Source: an uncultured virus (IMG/VR IMGVR_UViG_3300047160_026157)
Taxonomy: Duplodnaviria; Heunggongvirae; Uroviricota; Caudoviricetes
Virus record (IMG/VR): IMGVR_UViG_3300047160_026157
Strand: one strand, 5' to 3'
DNA length: 64,000 nt
Numbering within the stretch: position 1 is the first letter of the stretch; each line of letters begins with the position of its first letter. The position numbers and the translations under genes are program-made. Below, one piece after another: positions 1-9,534 of this stretch. The notes under the pieces are model-generated. The model ran no database searches, was not told where the DNA came from, and worked only from the letters and a program-made list of their open reading frames with translations.

Positions 1-7
1 GGCGGCC

Positions 8-211
8 ATGAGCGACCTGCCCGGGGAGCGAAACTGGCCGCCCTTGCCGGACAACGTGAACGGCCTGGCGGACGCCTGGGTGGCCGCCCTGGACCTGGCG
101 GGCGTGAACTGGGACACCTATGCCGTCGGCCGGCCCGTGACCCTCCGCTGGCTGCGCGAGCGCTTCGGCCGGCCGCCGGTTGCCCCGGCCGTCAATGGTC
201 AGACCACTTGA
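8..211 (+). CDS. Hypothetical protein
   Basis: 67 aa ORF with GC3-rich codons. Confidence 0.55.
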   Translation: MSDLPGERNWPPLPDNVNGLADAWVAALDLAGVNWDTYAVGRPVTLRWLRERFGRPPVAPAVNGQTT

Positions 212-388
212 CTACACGGAAACGTACAGTGACGCCTGTATAGGTGGCCTGATGAGCGAGCAGCACAACACCGTCGTTCTGTACGTGCCTGGCGCCGGCC
301 CGGAGTTCCTGGAGGCCCTACAGGGTCCGCGAGGTCCTGCCCCTCTGGGACAAGAAGCAGGCCCGGGTGTGGGCCTGGGAGGTTCCCG

Positions 389-583
389 ATGCGTGAGCTG
401 CTGATGGGCTTCTTCCTGGGCCTTTCCGTGGGCTTCTGGCTGGCCTGGACCTACTTTCGCTTCGTGCGGCTGATCCGCACGAAGCGCGAGTGGTACTCCG
501 ACCCCGAGGTCGCGCGTCGCTTCCCAGAGGAGGCGGCCCGCTTCCGGCAGGGCCGCCCCGACGACAAGGAGGACGACCGATGA
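389..583 (+). CDS. Small membrane protein
   Basis: GGAGG RBS; N-terminal hydrophobic helix; ATGA overlap with next gene. Confidence 0.7.
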   Translation: MRELLMGFFLGLSVGFWLAWTYFRFVRLIRTKREWYSDPEVARRFPEEAARFRQGRPDDKEDDR

Positions 584-1413
584 CCCAGGGCACCCTGTGG
601 GAGAAGTACCGCAAGGCCGGCCGTTGCGGCGAGTGCGGCGGGGTCATCAAGAAGAAGGGCCGGGAGGTGTGCTTCCACTGCTACAAGAAGGCGACCAACT
701 ACCAGCAAGCCCGGCTGGACGCCCTGACCGCCCAGGGCCGGTGCATTCGCTGCGGCCTGAAGCGCGAGCTGGCGACCAAGCGGCACTGCGAGGAGTGCCG
801 GGACGCCGTGCGGGCCGCGGCCCGCGAGTACATGGCCCGGTCGCGGGAGCAGCGCGTCGGGGAGGGGCGCTGTGCGAACTGTGGCCGGACGCCACTGGCA
901 ACGCGGACCCTCTGCCAGAGGTGCGGGGACTACAAGCGCATCTATCGGAAGGCCAGGATGAGCCCCCAGGCCAGGGAAAGGGACGTCCAGAGGCGGGCGG
1001 AGGTCAACGCCCGTCTCAGGGAGGCCACGCGGGCCGGCCGCCGCTGGTGTGCCTGCGGCCGCTGGGTCAGGAAGGAGGGCGAGGACACCTGTTTCCGCTG
1101 CCGGATGCCTTCCGACTACAGCAGCCGTCGCTCGGCCGACCTGCTCGCCCAGGGCCGCTGCTCGCGCTGCGGGGCCGAGCCCCTCGTCACCGGGTGGCAC
1201 TGCGAGAGGTGTGCTGCCGTCCAGCGTGACCGGGCCCGCCAGCGTTACCGGGAGCGGGTCGCGGCCGGCCTGTGCGTCCAGTGCGACAGCCCGCGTCTGA
1301 AGAACACCTGCCACTGCCAGGAGCACCGCGAGGTAGCGCGGCTCCGGCGCCAGGTGTGGCTCTTGAAACGGAAGGTAGGGGACCACGAGGCGGCCCGGGA
1401 GGGAGCGACATGA
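580..1413 (+). CDS. Tandem zinc-finger array protein (6 CxxC...CxxC/H units)
   Basis: AGGAGG RBS, ATG 580; repeated GRCxxCG...CxxC units joined by Arg-rich helices. Confidence 0.8.
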   Translation: MTQGTLWEKYRKAGRCGECGGVIKKKGREVCFHCYKKATNYQQARLDALTAQGRCIRCGLKRELATKRHCEECRDAVRAAAREYMARSREQRVGEGRCANCGRTPLATRTLCQRCGDYKRIYRKARMSPQARERDVQRRAEVNARLREATRAGRRWCACGRWVRKEGEDTCFRCRMPSDYSSRRSADLLAQGRCSRCGAEPLVTGWHCERCAAVQRDRARQRYRERVAAGLCVQCDSPRLKNTCHCQEHREVARLRRQVWLLKRKVGDHEAAREGAT

Positions 1414-1444
1414 ACATGACCCAAGGCACCCTGGAGGAATCGCG

Positions 1445-1723
1445 ATGAACATCTTTGTGGACGGCTCGAACTTCTTCCACACCGGCTGGCTGGCCTGCTA
1501 CCTGGGGCTGCCGCGGGACCACCCCGCGGCGAACGCGCTCAAGCCGGGCGACCTGGCGGCGTTCCTCGACGGCTGGGACATGTGCTACGAGACGCCCGAG
1601 GACGGCCGCCCGTGCCGGGCCGACGCCTTCCGGGCCATGCGCCGGGTGGGCCAGGCGGTCGTCACGTGGGTGGACGACGAGGGCAACGACCTGCCCGAGG
1701 ACGTCCAGGGGGGGCCGTCGTGA
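1445..1723 (+). CDS. Hypothetical protein
   Basis: GGAGG RBS; typical codon usage. Confidence 0.65.
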   Translation: MNIFVDGSNFFHTGWLACYLGLPRDHPAANALKPGDLAAFLDGWDMCYETPEDGRPCRADAFRAMRRVGQAVVTWVDDEGNDLPEDVQGGPS

Positions 1724-2153
1724 ACGCTCGCTGCCTGGAGTGTGGTGGACCCGTCGAGGGCCAGACCTGCGCCAGCCGGGCGGGTTGTTCGCACTTCTGG
1801 ACAGGAAGCCGCCACGGCGGCCGGAGGGGTGAACGATGCCAAAGCTCCTGGCCGAGAGGGCGGATCGCTCCTACACTGCCGGCAGCGCTCGTTTTCGAGA
1901 GGGGCGGGCGTTGTCCCCGGCCGGCGGTGGAACCGGCCGGGGAGTTTGTTTCCCGCAGGGCGGTCCGGGTAGCCTCGTGTCGGTGGGGCGCCGCGTTGGC
2001 GTCCCCGTAACCAACAAGTGGGAGGGGCTGTCTAGCCTGACGCTTCGGGTTCTTTTCACACCCACCTGAGCGGCCGCCCGGCCACACCCCCTTGTTCTCA
2101 CTGGCCGGGCGGCCGCTGCCTGTTTGGTCCGTCGTGGAAGGAGGGATGAGCCG

Positions 2154-2708
2154 ATGAACAGCGCTGAGAGCCGCCGGAAGTACCTCGCCCAGGGCCGCTG
2201 CGGCGCCTGCGGCCGCACGCCCGTGGTCACCAAGACGCTGTGTGCCCGCTGCCGCGACTACCAGCGCGATTACTGGCGCTCCAGACGGCCCCCGGAGTCC
2301 AGGAGGAAAAAGGTGTACCAGGAGAGCCTGAAGCGGCACGCCGAGCAGCAGGCCCGCCGCGACGAGAAACGCTTCTGCGTCTGCGGCCGGGAGATCAGGA
2401 CGCAGGGGGAGCTGATGTGTTGTCGCTGCGGCGGGCGTAACCGGGCCCGCACCCGCCAGAGGCACGCCAGGATGGTCGCCCTTGGCCGCTGCTGCGGCTG
2501 TGGCCGGGAAGGGCTCCAGAGCGAGTGGTACTGCCAGGAGTGCCTGGCCGCCCTGCGCCAGAGGGCCCGGGTCCGCTACCGGGCCCACAAGGCGGCCGGC
2601 ATCTGCGTCTGGTGTACTGAGCCCGCGGCGCCGGGCCTGGTCCGTTGCCAGCGTCACCACGAGGAGATGCTCCAGCGGTGCTCGGGGCGGCACGCCGGGG
2701 TGGGCTGA
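2154..2708 (+). CDS. Tandem zinc-finger array protein (4 units), paralogue of 580..1413
   Basis: Same unit pattern (LAQGRCxxCG, AGxCVxC...CQxH). Confidence 0.8.
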   Translation: MNSAESRRKYLAQGRCGACGRTPVVTKTLCARCRDYQRDYWRSRRPPESRRKKVYQESLKRHAEQQARRDEKRFCVCGREIRTQGELMCCRCGGRNRARTRQRHARMVALGRCCGCGREGLQSEWYCQECLAALRQRARVRYRAHKAAGICVWCTEPAAPGLVRCQRHHEEMLQRCSGRHAGVG

Positions 2709-2713
2709 GGGCG

Positions 2714-2911
2714 TCACGCCTCCTGCCGGATGCACAAAGGGCAGAGGATCTGGCCCGCCCAGGGCGAGCCGTCCCGGACCGTCCCGCCCTCCGACTTCGT
2801 GTAGGCCGGCTCCAGGGCCCGCCGCTTGCCGCAGCGGGGGCAGGTCGCCATCGGAGCGTACCGGCCCGCCTGCCGGGCCCGCTGCCTCTGGTCCTGTCGT
2901 GGGGTGGACAT
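2714..2911 (-). CDS. Small zinc-ribbon protein
   Basis: AAGGAG RBS; CPRC...CPLC. Confidence 0.6.
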   Translation of the reverse strand: MSTPRQDQRQRARQAGRYAPMATCPRCGKRRALEPAYTKSEGGTVRDGSPWAGQILCPLCIRQEA

Positions 2912-3061
2912 GGCTACTCCTTCGTCCGCTTTTCCCGCCGGGCCTGGCAGGCCCGGGCGTGCTTCTTCCAGTTGCCGTCGCGCCCGCTGCAGGCCGACTC
3001 GCTGATGACCCGGCCGCAGTAGGGGCACTGGGCCTGCGAGTAGCTGCGGTGGTTGCGGGAG

Positions 3062-3090
3062 TTCTTCGCTCCCCGTGGACATTTATTTAG
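3062..3090 (-). promoter_or_regulatory. Early-type promoter motif (AAT-N3-TGTCC-N7-GCGAA)
   Basis: One of five copies, each upstream of small-gene operons. Confidence 0.55.
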
Positions 3091-3137
3091 AAAATTCCGG
3101 ATTTTCTTTTTCGGGCGGCACGGTTGCCCCGTGCCAG

Positions 3138-3174
3138 TTTGACCCGCCCGGGGCGGGCGTGATGCGCTCGCCGC
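3138..3174 (+). promoter_or_regulatory. Late-type leaderless promoter TTGACC-N18-TGCGCT-N6-ATG
   Basis: Same spacing found upstream of ATGs at 12574, 38097, 47915 and 61858(-). Confidence 0.55.
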
Positions 3175-4965
3175 ATGGCGACCATCGGGGACACGAACCA
3201 GGCGGCGAACGGCCGGCCGGTCTTGCTGGACGAGCACGCCCGGGCGATCCCCTGGCACCGCGGCCGGCCCGACGGCAGCATGCGGCCGGGCGGGATTGCC
3301 CTGCCTCCCGGGTTTCTTTTCGTCGGCAGGGTCGGCTCCGGCGACAACGTCTGGCTGTGGGACCGCTACGACGAGGCGATGCGGCACTCGCGCGAGGACG
3401 CCAACTGGATGCTGCACGACGCCTTCATCATGTCGCTCCTCCAGGAGCGGATGCGGGGCGTCACGGGGCTCAGCTGGCACCTGGAGACGCCCGACGAGAA
3501 GGACCCCGGGCAGCTCCGGGTCCGCGACGGCATGACCCGAATCCTGAAGGGCATGCGCGACTCCCGCCGCTTCCTGGCCGAGATCCAGTGGGCGGTCTGG
3601 TACGGCCGGATGGGCCAGCAGGTCCGCTGGGAGTGGAACAAGTTCCACGACCGGCCTGGCGAGGGCATGAAGGGCCCCGAGCGCGAGCGCCGGGCCCTGA
3701 CGCCGGCCGAGTTCTGGCTCGTGGACGGGGACCGGATCGGCCACCAGTACGACCACACGCCCGTCATCCTGATGGGGGCGATGGACACCGAGAGGCTGGG
3801 CAAGGGGGCCCAGATCGTGACGACCACGGTGGGCGGCATGGGCGTGGCTTTGAGGGGGTCCTGGCGTGAGCGCTTCGTCCTGCACAAGCACAATCGTCGT
3901 ATGGTGGACTTCTTCAACTTCGAGCAGGCCGAAGCCATGCACGGGGTCGGCTTGCGCAACGACCTCTTCTGGTGGAACTGGCTCAAGCTGGAATGGCTGG
4001 GCGACATCACCAACTTCTTCAACCGAGTCGGCCTCGGGGTGACGCTCTGGACCTACCCCAAGGGCGACCCGACGGCGCTTCAAAATGTCCAGCAGGCGGC
4101 CCGCGACCAGTCGGACCGGGCCAACATCTTCATCCCCGTGGACCCCGAGGACACGCACAAGCGGGGCACGGGCGTGGAGCGGCTGGAGGTCCCCACGTCG
4201 GGGGCCGACGCGCTCCGGACGCTCATCGAGTACGCGGACAAGGTCATGGAGCGGCTGGTCGTCGGCCAGGAGGCCAGCTCGAAGGGCAGCTCCTCAGGGC
4301 TGGGCAACGAGGCGAACGCCGAGCTGCAAAAGGACACGAAGCTGGCGATTGTGAAGGAGGACGCCAGCTTCCTGGCCGAGAGCCTGACGGGCTCCGAGAC
4401 GGAGCCGGGCCTGGTCTGGACCATCCAGCACTACACGTTTCCCGAGGCGGACTTCCCCGTCCGCTGGGTCTTCGACGTCGAGAGCGCGGCCAGCAAGGAG
4501 AAGCTGGATGCGGGCAAGACGCTGGTGGACCTGGCCGTCAAGGTCAAGGCCGACGAGATGAGGGCCGCGGCCGGCTTCTCCAAGCCCGCGGAGGGCGACG
4601 AGGTGGTCGAGCCGCCGCAGCAGGGCGGGGCTGGAGGCGGCATGCCGGGGATGCCCGGGGCACCGCCCGGGGAAGGCGGTGAAGACCCGATGGCGGCGCT
4701 CATGGGCGGCGCCGGCGGAGGGCCCCCGGGCGCCCCTCCAGGTGCAGAGCCGGGCGGCGCGCCGGGCGGGCCTCCTGGTGCGGGCGGGCCCCCCGGTGGC
4801 GCCCCTGGCGGTGGCGGTGGCGGCGGCGATTTCCTGGAGAGTCTCAAGATGCGCAAGCTGGCCCAGGCCATTCGCTACGCCCGTCAGAGGGGGCGCGATG
4901 ACCTGGCCCTGGAGCTGGAAGCCGCGGCCCGGCGGCTTTCGCGGAGCTGGCGGCCGAAGAGGTAA
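3175..4965 (+). CDS. Portal protein (DUF935/Mu gp29-like) with Gly/Pro-rich C-terminal tail
   Basis: AVWYG, G-x-G-L...W..F..R-x-G and IEYAD..MERLVVGQ segments typical of DUF935 portals; 596 aa. Confidence 0.8.
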   Translation: MATIGDTNQAANGRPVLLDEHARAIPWHRGRPDGSMRPGGIALPPGFLFVGRVGSGDNVWLWDRYDEAMRHSREDANWMLHDAFIMSLLQERMRGVTGLSWHLETPDEKDPGQLRVRDGMTRILKGMRDSRRFLAEIQWAVWYGRMGQQVRWEWNKFHDRPGEGMKGPERERRALTPAEFWLVDGDRIGHQYDHTPVILMGAMDTERLGKGAQIVTTTVGGMGVALRGSWRERFVLHKHNRRMVDFFNFEQAEAMHGVGLRNDLFWWNWLKLEWLGDITNFFNRVGLGVTLWTYPKGDPTALQNVQQAARDQSDRANIFIPVDPEDTHKRGTGVERLEVPTSGADALRTLIEYADKVMERLVVGQEASSKGSSSGLGNEANAELQKDTKLAIVKEDASFLAESLTGSETEPGLVWTIQHYTFPEADFPVRWVFDVESAASKEKLDAGKTLVDLAVKVKADEMRAAAGFSKPAEGDEVVEPPQQGGAGGGMPGMPGAPPGEGGEDPMAALMGGAGGGPPGAPPGAEPGGAPGGPPGAGGPPGGAPGGGGGGGDFLESLKMRKLAQAIRYARQRGRDDLALELEAAARRLSRSWRPKR

Positions 4966-5090
4966 GTGTAGGCCACGCCCATGCGGCGGACGAAGACTTC
5001 CCGGTCGGGGAGGTTTCGGAACCAGCGGAAGCCGGCACGCTTCATTCGGTTGTGGTACTGGCTCTTGGACCGCCTCTGCTGCCGGGTCAT
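4884..5090 (-). CDS. Small basic hypothetical protein overlapping the portal 3' end
   Basis: ATGA coupling to upstream gene at 5087-5090. Confidence 0.5.
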   Translation of the reverse strand: MTRQQRRSKSQYHNRMKRAGFRWFRNLPDREVFVRRMGVAYTYLFGRQLRESRRAAASSSRARSSRPL

Positions 5091-5848
5091 CGTTCTTTCC
5101 CCAGGACCAAGTCCAGCGCCCAGCAGCCCTCGACGTGCAGGTTCTGCGAGCGCAGGTGGGCGACGAGCGGGTGCAGCCGGTCGATGCGGCCCCGCCCCTT
5201 GCACACGTCGCAGCGGTAGCGGCGGACCCGCTCGCCCTGAGACGAGGTCAGCCAGCCGCCGTCGCAGGCGCAGGGCTCGCCCCCGTCCGCCCCCGCTTCC
5301 TCCAGCGCGTCGGCCAGCACGGCGAGCCGCACGGGGTCCAGCACGGCGTTAGGCAACGTCTCCTCGCAAGCGGCCTGGGCGAGGGAGAGGACGGTAGGGG
5401 TAAGCAAGGGGCAGAGGAATCCCTCGTTCTGGCAGCACGAGCAGCAGACACGCCCCTCGGCCATGCCCGCATCGCAGACTGGGCACGGCATCGTCAGGGG
5501 TAGATCCACTGGCCGGAACGGATTGCCCATGATGTCTCTGAGGATCGAAGCCTTGATGAGTTGGGGCACGCAGGCGCTAGCGGTGCCCGGGACGCGGCTG
5601 GCCCAGGATCTAGCCCATCTGTCCAGGCTGCCCTCCCGCTCGTTCGTGCCAGCCACGTCATCGACAACCGCCATGGGGTATCCGCTGAGGACGGCGCAGT
5701 TCGTGGCGAAGAGCTTGAGCTTGCGGTCGCTGATGAGCGGCATCGGCACGACGCCCGGTTCACTCACGGGGCCAGGCTCGTAGATGACGCGGAGGTGCGT
5801 CAGCATCGCTATCGGGTCTTCAGACGCCAGCCACTCCTGTTCAGTCAT
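5087..5848 (-). CDS. Gemmata/planctomycete-type paralogue-family protein with inserted Cys-rich Zn modules
   Basis: MTEQEWLAS.DP, LRDIMGNPFRPV, LAVLADALEEAG, HLR...HVEGCWALDLVLGKE. Confidence 0.75.
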   Translation of the reverse strand: MTEQEWLASEDPIAMLTHLRVIYEPGPVSEPGVVPMPLISDRKLKLFATNCAVLSGYPMAVVDDVAGTNEREGSLDRWARSWASRVPGTASACVPQLIKASILRDIMGNPFRPVDLPLTMPCPVCDAGMAEGRVCCSCCQNEGFLCPLLTPTVLSLAQAACEETLPNAVLDPVRLAVLADALEEAGADGGEPCACDGGWLTSSQGERVRRYRCDVCKGRGRIDRLHPLVAHLRSQNLHVEGCWALDLVLGKER

Positions 5849-6124
5849 CAGCCCGCTCCTCGAACAACCCCAGGAGGTAGTCACGGGCCAGGGCGTAGAC
5901 GCCAGGGTGCTTGGACTCCCTGGGCCCGGCGATCATGAGCGTGCCGAACGGCACGGGTGGTCTGGCCGCGGTGTCATTGCCCGGTCCCCCCTGCCGGGCG
6001 CCGGGCCCGCTCGGCCAGGTAGACGTAGGCGTGCCCCAGCCGCAGGTGGTAGTCGCCGCGGGCCTCGGAGGGGGCCCAGTGGCCGGACAGGTAGAGCAGC
6101 CGATCCAGCGCCCGCCGCATCCGG

Positions 6125-6409
6125 TCAGTCCAGGTCATTGTCGTCCTCCCGGAGCATCAAGTAGCCCTCGTCCAGGCGGGTGCCCAGCGACCGTTCCCGG
6201 GGCTCGTCGTCGTCGGGGTCGTGAGACAGCATGGCGTTCCGCATGCGGGCACTCCGCTTGAGGAACTCCGGGTCGCAGGCGTGGCCCCGGGCCTCCAGGG
6301 GCAGGCCCTCCTTGCCCTTGTCGGCCAGGATCGCCTGGTAGCCCGGGCAGACGAAGATGCCGCACGTGGGACAGTGGTTCGTGTTCTTCTTGTTGCGCCT
6401 GAAGCTCAT
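6125..6409 (-). CDS. Hypothetical Cys/His-containing protein
   Basis: GGGAG RBS; CPTC motif. Confidence 0.6.
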   Translation of the reverse strand: MSFRRNKKNTNHCPTCGIFVCPGYQAILADKGKEGLPLEARGHACDPEFLKRSARMRNAMLSHDPDDDEPRERSLGTRLDEGYLMLREDDNDLD

Positions 6410-6516
6410 GGCTTGCTCCCGGGCGGGTCGCCTACTAGCATATCTCCTGCCGTCTCCCCCGTGAAAGGAGACGCCGGGCGGGCGGGGTCAAAAGAGTCCC
6501 GGCCCGCCCGCCCTCT

Positions 6517-7080
6517 TTAGTTATCGGGCCATTCATCCTTGGGCTCGGGCGGCGGCTCCGACGGGCCGGCCAGGGCCGCGGTGAGGATGGAGACCGCGTG
6601 GCGGGGGTGGTCGCGGCGGATGAGGTCGAGGGCGTCCTGCATGGCCTGGCGCAGGCGGTCGATCTCCTGGCGGGCCCGCACGCTGGGCAGGGCGTCCAGG
6701 GGCAGGAGGCCGACGTCCAGGGCCCGGTCGTGGATCAGGGCCTCGGCCTGGTCCAGGGCGAGGAGTAAGAGGGACAGGTCCTCCGGGGCGTTGGCGATGA
6801 AGGCCGCGTCGGTCCGGGTCTGCTCCGGCGGCCGGTTGTCATGCGCCAGAAGGTCGCAGACGCGGATGGCGGGCCCCGCCGAGGGCGGCAGGTGCGCCCG
6901 GACGCTCCAGACGGCGTCGTAGTTGACGTTGACGGTCTCCACGATCACCCAGGGCGGTTTCGTGATTCCCAGGAGCCTCTGGCGCATGGCGCCCAGCCGC
7001 GCTTCCAGGACCTCACGGGAGAGAGACTCGGTCTTCTTCAGGTCCACGTTCAACTCCTTTCCCGGGCGAGGTTCGTTCAT
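6517..7080 (-). CDS. Phage early protein (TxxPW...DAAFIANAP type)
   Basis: Motif common in small phage early proteins; GAGG RBS. Confidence 0.65.
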   Translation of the reverse strand: MNEPRPGKELNVDLKKTESLSREVLEARLGAMRQRLLGITKPPWVIVETVNVNYDAVWSVRAHLPPSAGPAIRVCDLLAHDNRPPEQTRTDAAFIANAPEDLSLLLLALDQAEALIHDRALDVGLLPLDALPSVRARQEIDRLRQAMQDALDLIRRDHPRHAVSILTAALAGPSEPPPEPKDEWPDN

Positions 7081-7508
7081 TCCGCCTCTTCGCGGTAGCC
7101 GTACTCGGCCAGGGCCCGCTCGGCCCACACCTGCCGCAGCTCCCTGATCCGGCGGGCGTCCCAGTCGCTGGGGGAGATGTCCATTCTGGCCAGGGTCGGC
7201 AGCACTAGAGCCTGCTCGCACTGGCTCCAGCCGCCCAGCCGCGAGACGGCTTCGCGGTGCTTCTGCCGGAGCGTTCGGCCCATGCCGACCAGAAGGAGCG
7301 GCACGCCCCGGCCGGCCATGAAGCCCGCCTCGAACCACAGGGGCTTGGAAGCGTTGGTGGTGATCAAGACCACCGCCGGGTAGCCGTTGCCGTCGTAGGG
7401 CCCAAAGCCGGCGTTCACGAGGCTCTGGAAGAGCCCCTGGCCCGGCGGGGCGTACTCGGCCTCGGTGTGGAGCAAGAGGAACCCGTGGCGCTCATCGGTC
7501 GGTGTCAT
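7077..7508 (-). CDS. Hypothetical protein with an NDT/TIR-like motif (WFEAGFMAGRGVPLLLV)
   Basis: Short motif resemblance only. Confidence 0.5.
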   Translation of the reverse strand: MTPTDERHGFLLLHTEAEYAPPGQGLFQSLVNAGFGPYDGNGYPAVVLITTNASKPLWFEAGFMAGRGVPLLLVGMGRTLRQKHREAVSRLGGWSQCEQALVLPTLARMDISPSDWDARRIRELRQVWAERALAEYGYREEAE

Positions 7509-8004
7509 GACCGTTCCCCCTGGGGTCAGGCGGCAGCCCCACGCCGGCCCGCTCGCCCGCCTCGGTGAGGCAGAACCAGATGTCACCCGCCTGGAACTTG
7601 ACGGCGACCAGACCCAGCAGGATCATGTGCAGGAGCCGGAGGTTCCGCTCCAGGCTCAGCAGCCAGACGAACAGGTTCTCCATCTCCGCCTCGGGCACGT
7701 CAGGGGCGTCGGGGAACTCCTGGCGGCCTTCCAGGACCGCCCGGATGAAGGCGGCCGGGACGTGTTCGTTCGACAGGACCAGGCCGCAAAGGCGAATGCC
7801 CTCGGCGAGGTGCAAGACGTCCTCCCGGGTCGGGCGTGTTTCGTCCGCCCCCGTCCCCTCCTTCTTCTTTTTCACGGGCCGTCCTCCGATGTAGGGTACG
7901 ATCTCGACGGTAAAGCCGCAGGCGATCATGTCCAGGGCGACGTGGAAGCAGTAGCGGTAGGAGCCCGAGATACGCGGGACGCGCTCGCCGTCCAGGATCT
8001 CCAC
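7492..8004 (-). CDS. Hypothetical protein (internal RBS and GTG near 7875 may be the true start)
   Basis: ORF in the operon; start uncertain. Confidence 0.5.
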   Translation of the reverse strand: MEILDGERVPRISGSYRYCFHVALDMIACGFTVEIVPYIGGRPVKKKKEGTGADETRPTREDVLHLAEGIRLCGLVLSNEHVPAAFIRAVLEGRQEFPDAPDVPEAEMENLFVWLLSLERNLRLLHMILLGLVAVKFQAGDIWFCLTEAGERAGVGLPPDPRGNGHDTDR

Positions 8005-8043
8005 GACTTGCCAGAGTTTTACTCGCCGTTTCTTCCGAAGTGC

Positions 8044-8275
8044 TCACGGGGCCTCCTTCCGGGCGACAGAGACCAAAGCGATCCGGCGGCCGCAGCGCGT
8101 GCAGGTGATCTTCAGCTGCCCGCCGCCCTGGGTGTAGCTCACCTCGACCTTGCCGCCGGGGTGGCACTTCTGGTGGAAGAACACCGTGCCGTCGTGCTCG
8201 GAGTGGTTGCAGCCGGGCACCTGGCAGCCGGCGGCCGCCAGAGCGTCGAGGTCCGAAGCGCGTCAGGGGGTTCAC
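8044..8275 (-). pseudogene. Small Cys/His-rich gene interrupted by an apparent 1-nt insertion near 8256
   Basis: GTG start gives MNPLTR; the protein-like frame SDLDALAAAGCQVPGCNH...CTRC continues +1. Confidence 0.5.
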
Positions 8276-8541
8276 TTCTGGCCCTCCTTCTCCTGCTCGG
8301 CAGCCTCGGCGGCCCGCTTGAGGATCGAGTTGGCGAACTGGGTCGCCTGGTCGGGGCCCATTGCGAACCAGGCGGTGGGCTTGCCGAAGTTGACGAACAC
8401 GTGGCCCTTGGTGGCGGTGATCGCGAGCCTGAGCCCACCCTCGTCCTTGGCGCCCAAAGAGCCCTCGGGGAAGTCGCCGGTGGCCCCGAGGCCCAGCTCC
8501 TTGTTGAGGCGTTCCAGGGCCCTGTCCAGGTCGTCAGGCAT
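8272..8541 (-). CDS. Hypothetical phage protein
   Basis: GGAGG RBS; typical codon usage. Confidence 0.7.
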   Translation of the reverse strand: MPDDLDRALERLNKELGLGATGDFPEGSLGAKDEGGLRLAITATKGHVFVNFGKPTAWFAMGPDQATQFANSILKRAAEAAEQEKEGQK

Positions 8542-9340
8542 GAGAGGTTTCCTCTGGAGGTTGGGCGAACAGTTGGGCGTACAGGTGGATGGGCGGTTGC
8601 TCGTCGAGGCTCAAAGGTGGCAGCTTGGCCTGGCGCCGGCCGAAGGTCACGCAGGCGCAGGACAGGTCGTAGATCGCCAGGGCCGGGCTCGTGCCCGGGT
8701 AGTCATGGGCCCAGCGGAGGACGGGGTCGTCGGGGCGGCCGCGGCCGCGCTCCAGGAGGGCCCACAGTGCGTGCGGCAGCTCGCACTCCAGGGTCATGGG
8801 CCTGGGCTGCTCCGAGGACCACCAGCGCCAGCCGTTGGCCTCGCCGCCCGCGCTCGACAGGTAGCGGCGGATGGCGTTGGGCTGGCGGTCGGTGAAGCGC
8901 ACGCTGATCAAAGGGTGGTTGCGGAAGAGGTTAGAGCCCCGGCGCCGGGGGTGCTCGTCGGTCAGGGTCATGAAGTCGCAGAGGGGCAAGGTGACGCCCG
9001 CCATGAACCCCCGGTGGAGGGTGAGCTTCCAGACGGGCCAGGCCGGAGTGCCGGGCGGGACCGGCCGCTCCACCCGGGCACAAAGGCCCTCGGGCACTGT
9101 GGCCGGTTGGAAGACGACCTGCCGCCGGCCCTTGCAGACTCGGCGCTTCCAGCCGTGCGAGAACCAGGCCATGAACTCCCGGGGGGTGATGGTCCCCGGC
9201 CGGCCCGCCAGCTGCTCGTGGATGAACTCGCCGCGGCGGACTTGCCCGTGGTCCACGAGCCAGTCGGCGTAGATCCTCCGCGGCCCGTCATCGTCGGGGT
9301 CCTGGAGGATATCGGCCAGGAAGGCGTCCTCTACCTTCAC
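8534..9340 (-). CDS. TIGR02996-domain protein
   Basis: AFLADILQDPDDDGPRRIYADWL.D.G...RGEFI and a later RGF motif. Confidence 0.8.
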   Translation of the reverse strand: MKVEDAFLADILQDPDDDGPRRIYADWLVDHGQVRRGEFIHEQLAGRPGTITPREFMAWFSHGWKRRVCKGRRQVVFQPATVPEGLCARVERPVPPGTPAWPVWKLTLHRGFMAGVTLPLCDFMTLTDEHPRRRGSNLFRNHPLISVRFTDRQPNAIRRYLSSAGGEANGWRWWSSEQPRPMTLECELPHALWALLERGRGRPDDPVLRWAHDYPGTSPALAIYDLSCACVTFGRRQAKLPPLSLDEQPPIHLYAQLFAQPPEETSHA

Positions 9341-9534
9341 GTGCTGTCCCCTTTCTGGGGGGCCGGCTCCTCGCGCAGGAGCACCTTCTCGCGGATGATC
9401 TCCACGTCTCTGGGCGCCTCGAAGGCCAGGCGGACCTGGTTCTGCTTGCGCCAGGCTTGCAGCCAGACTTCCCGGCCGTCGGGCAGGGTGACCCGCACCC
9501 GGTCACCGGAGCGGAGGCTTAGGACGAGCATCAC
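9337..9534 (-). CDS. csrA: Carbon storage regulator-like RNA-binding protein
   Basis: MLVLS...G.RV...QVRLAFEAPRDVEIIRE. Confidence 0.8.
   Translation of the reverse strand: MMLVLSLRSGDRVRVTLPDGREVWLQAWRKQNQVRLAFEAPRDVEIIREKVLLREEPAPQKGDST

Noticed and set aside
1445..1723. NYN/PIN nuclease
   Set aside because: IFVDGSNF resembles the first motif, but the ORF is only 92 aa and lacks the other acidic motifs
8004..8275. Genome-wide TGA recoding
   Set aside because: In-frame TGAs here are better explained by a local indel; TGA ends many genes cleanly with ATGA/GTGA coupling
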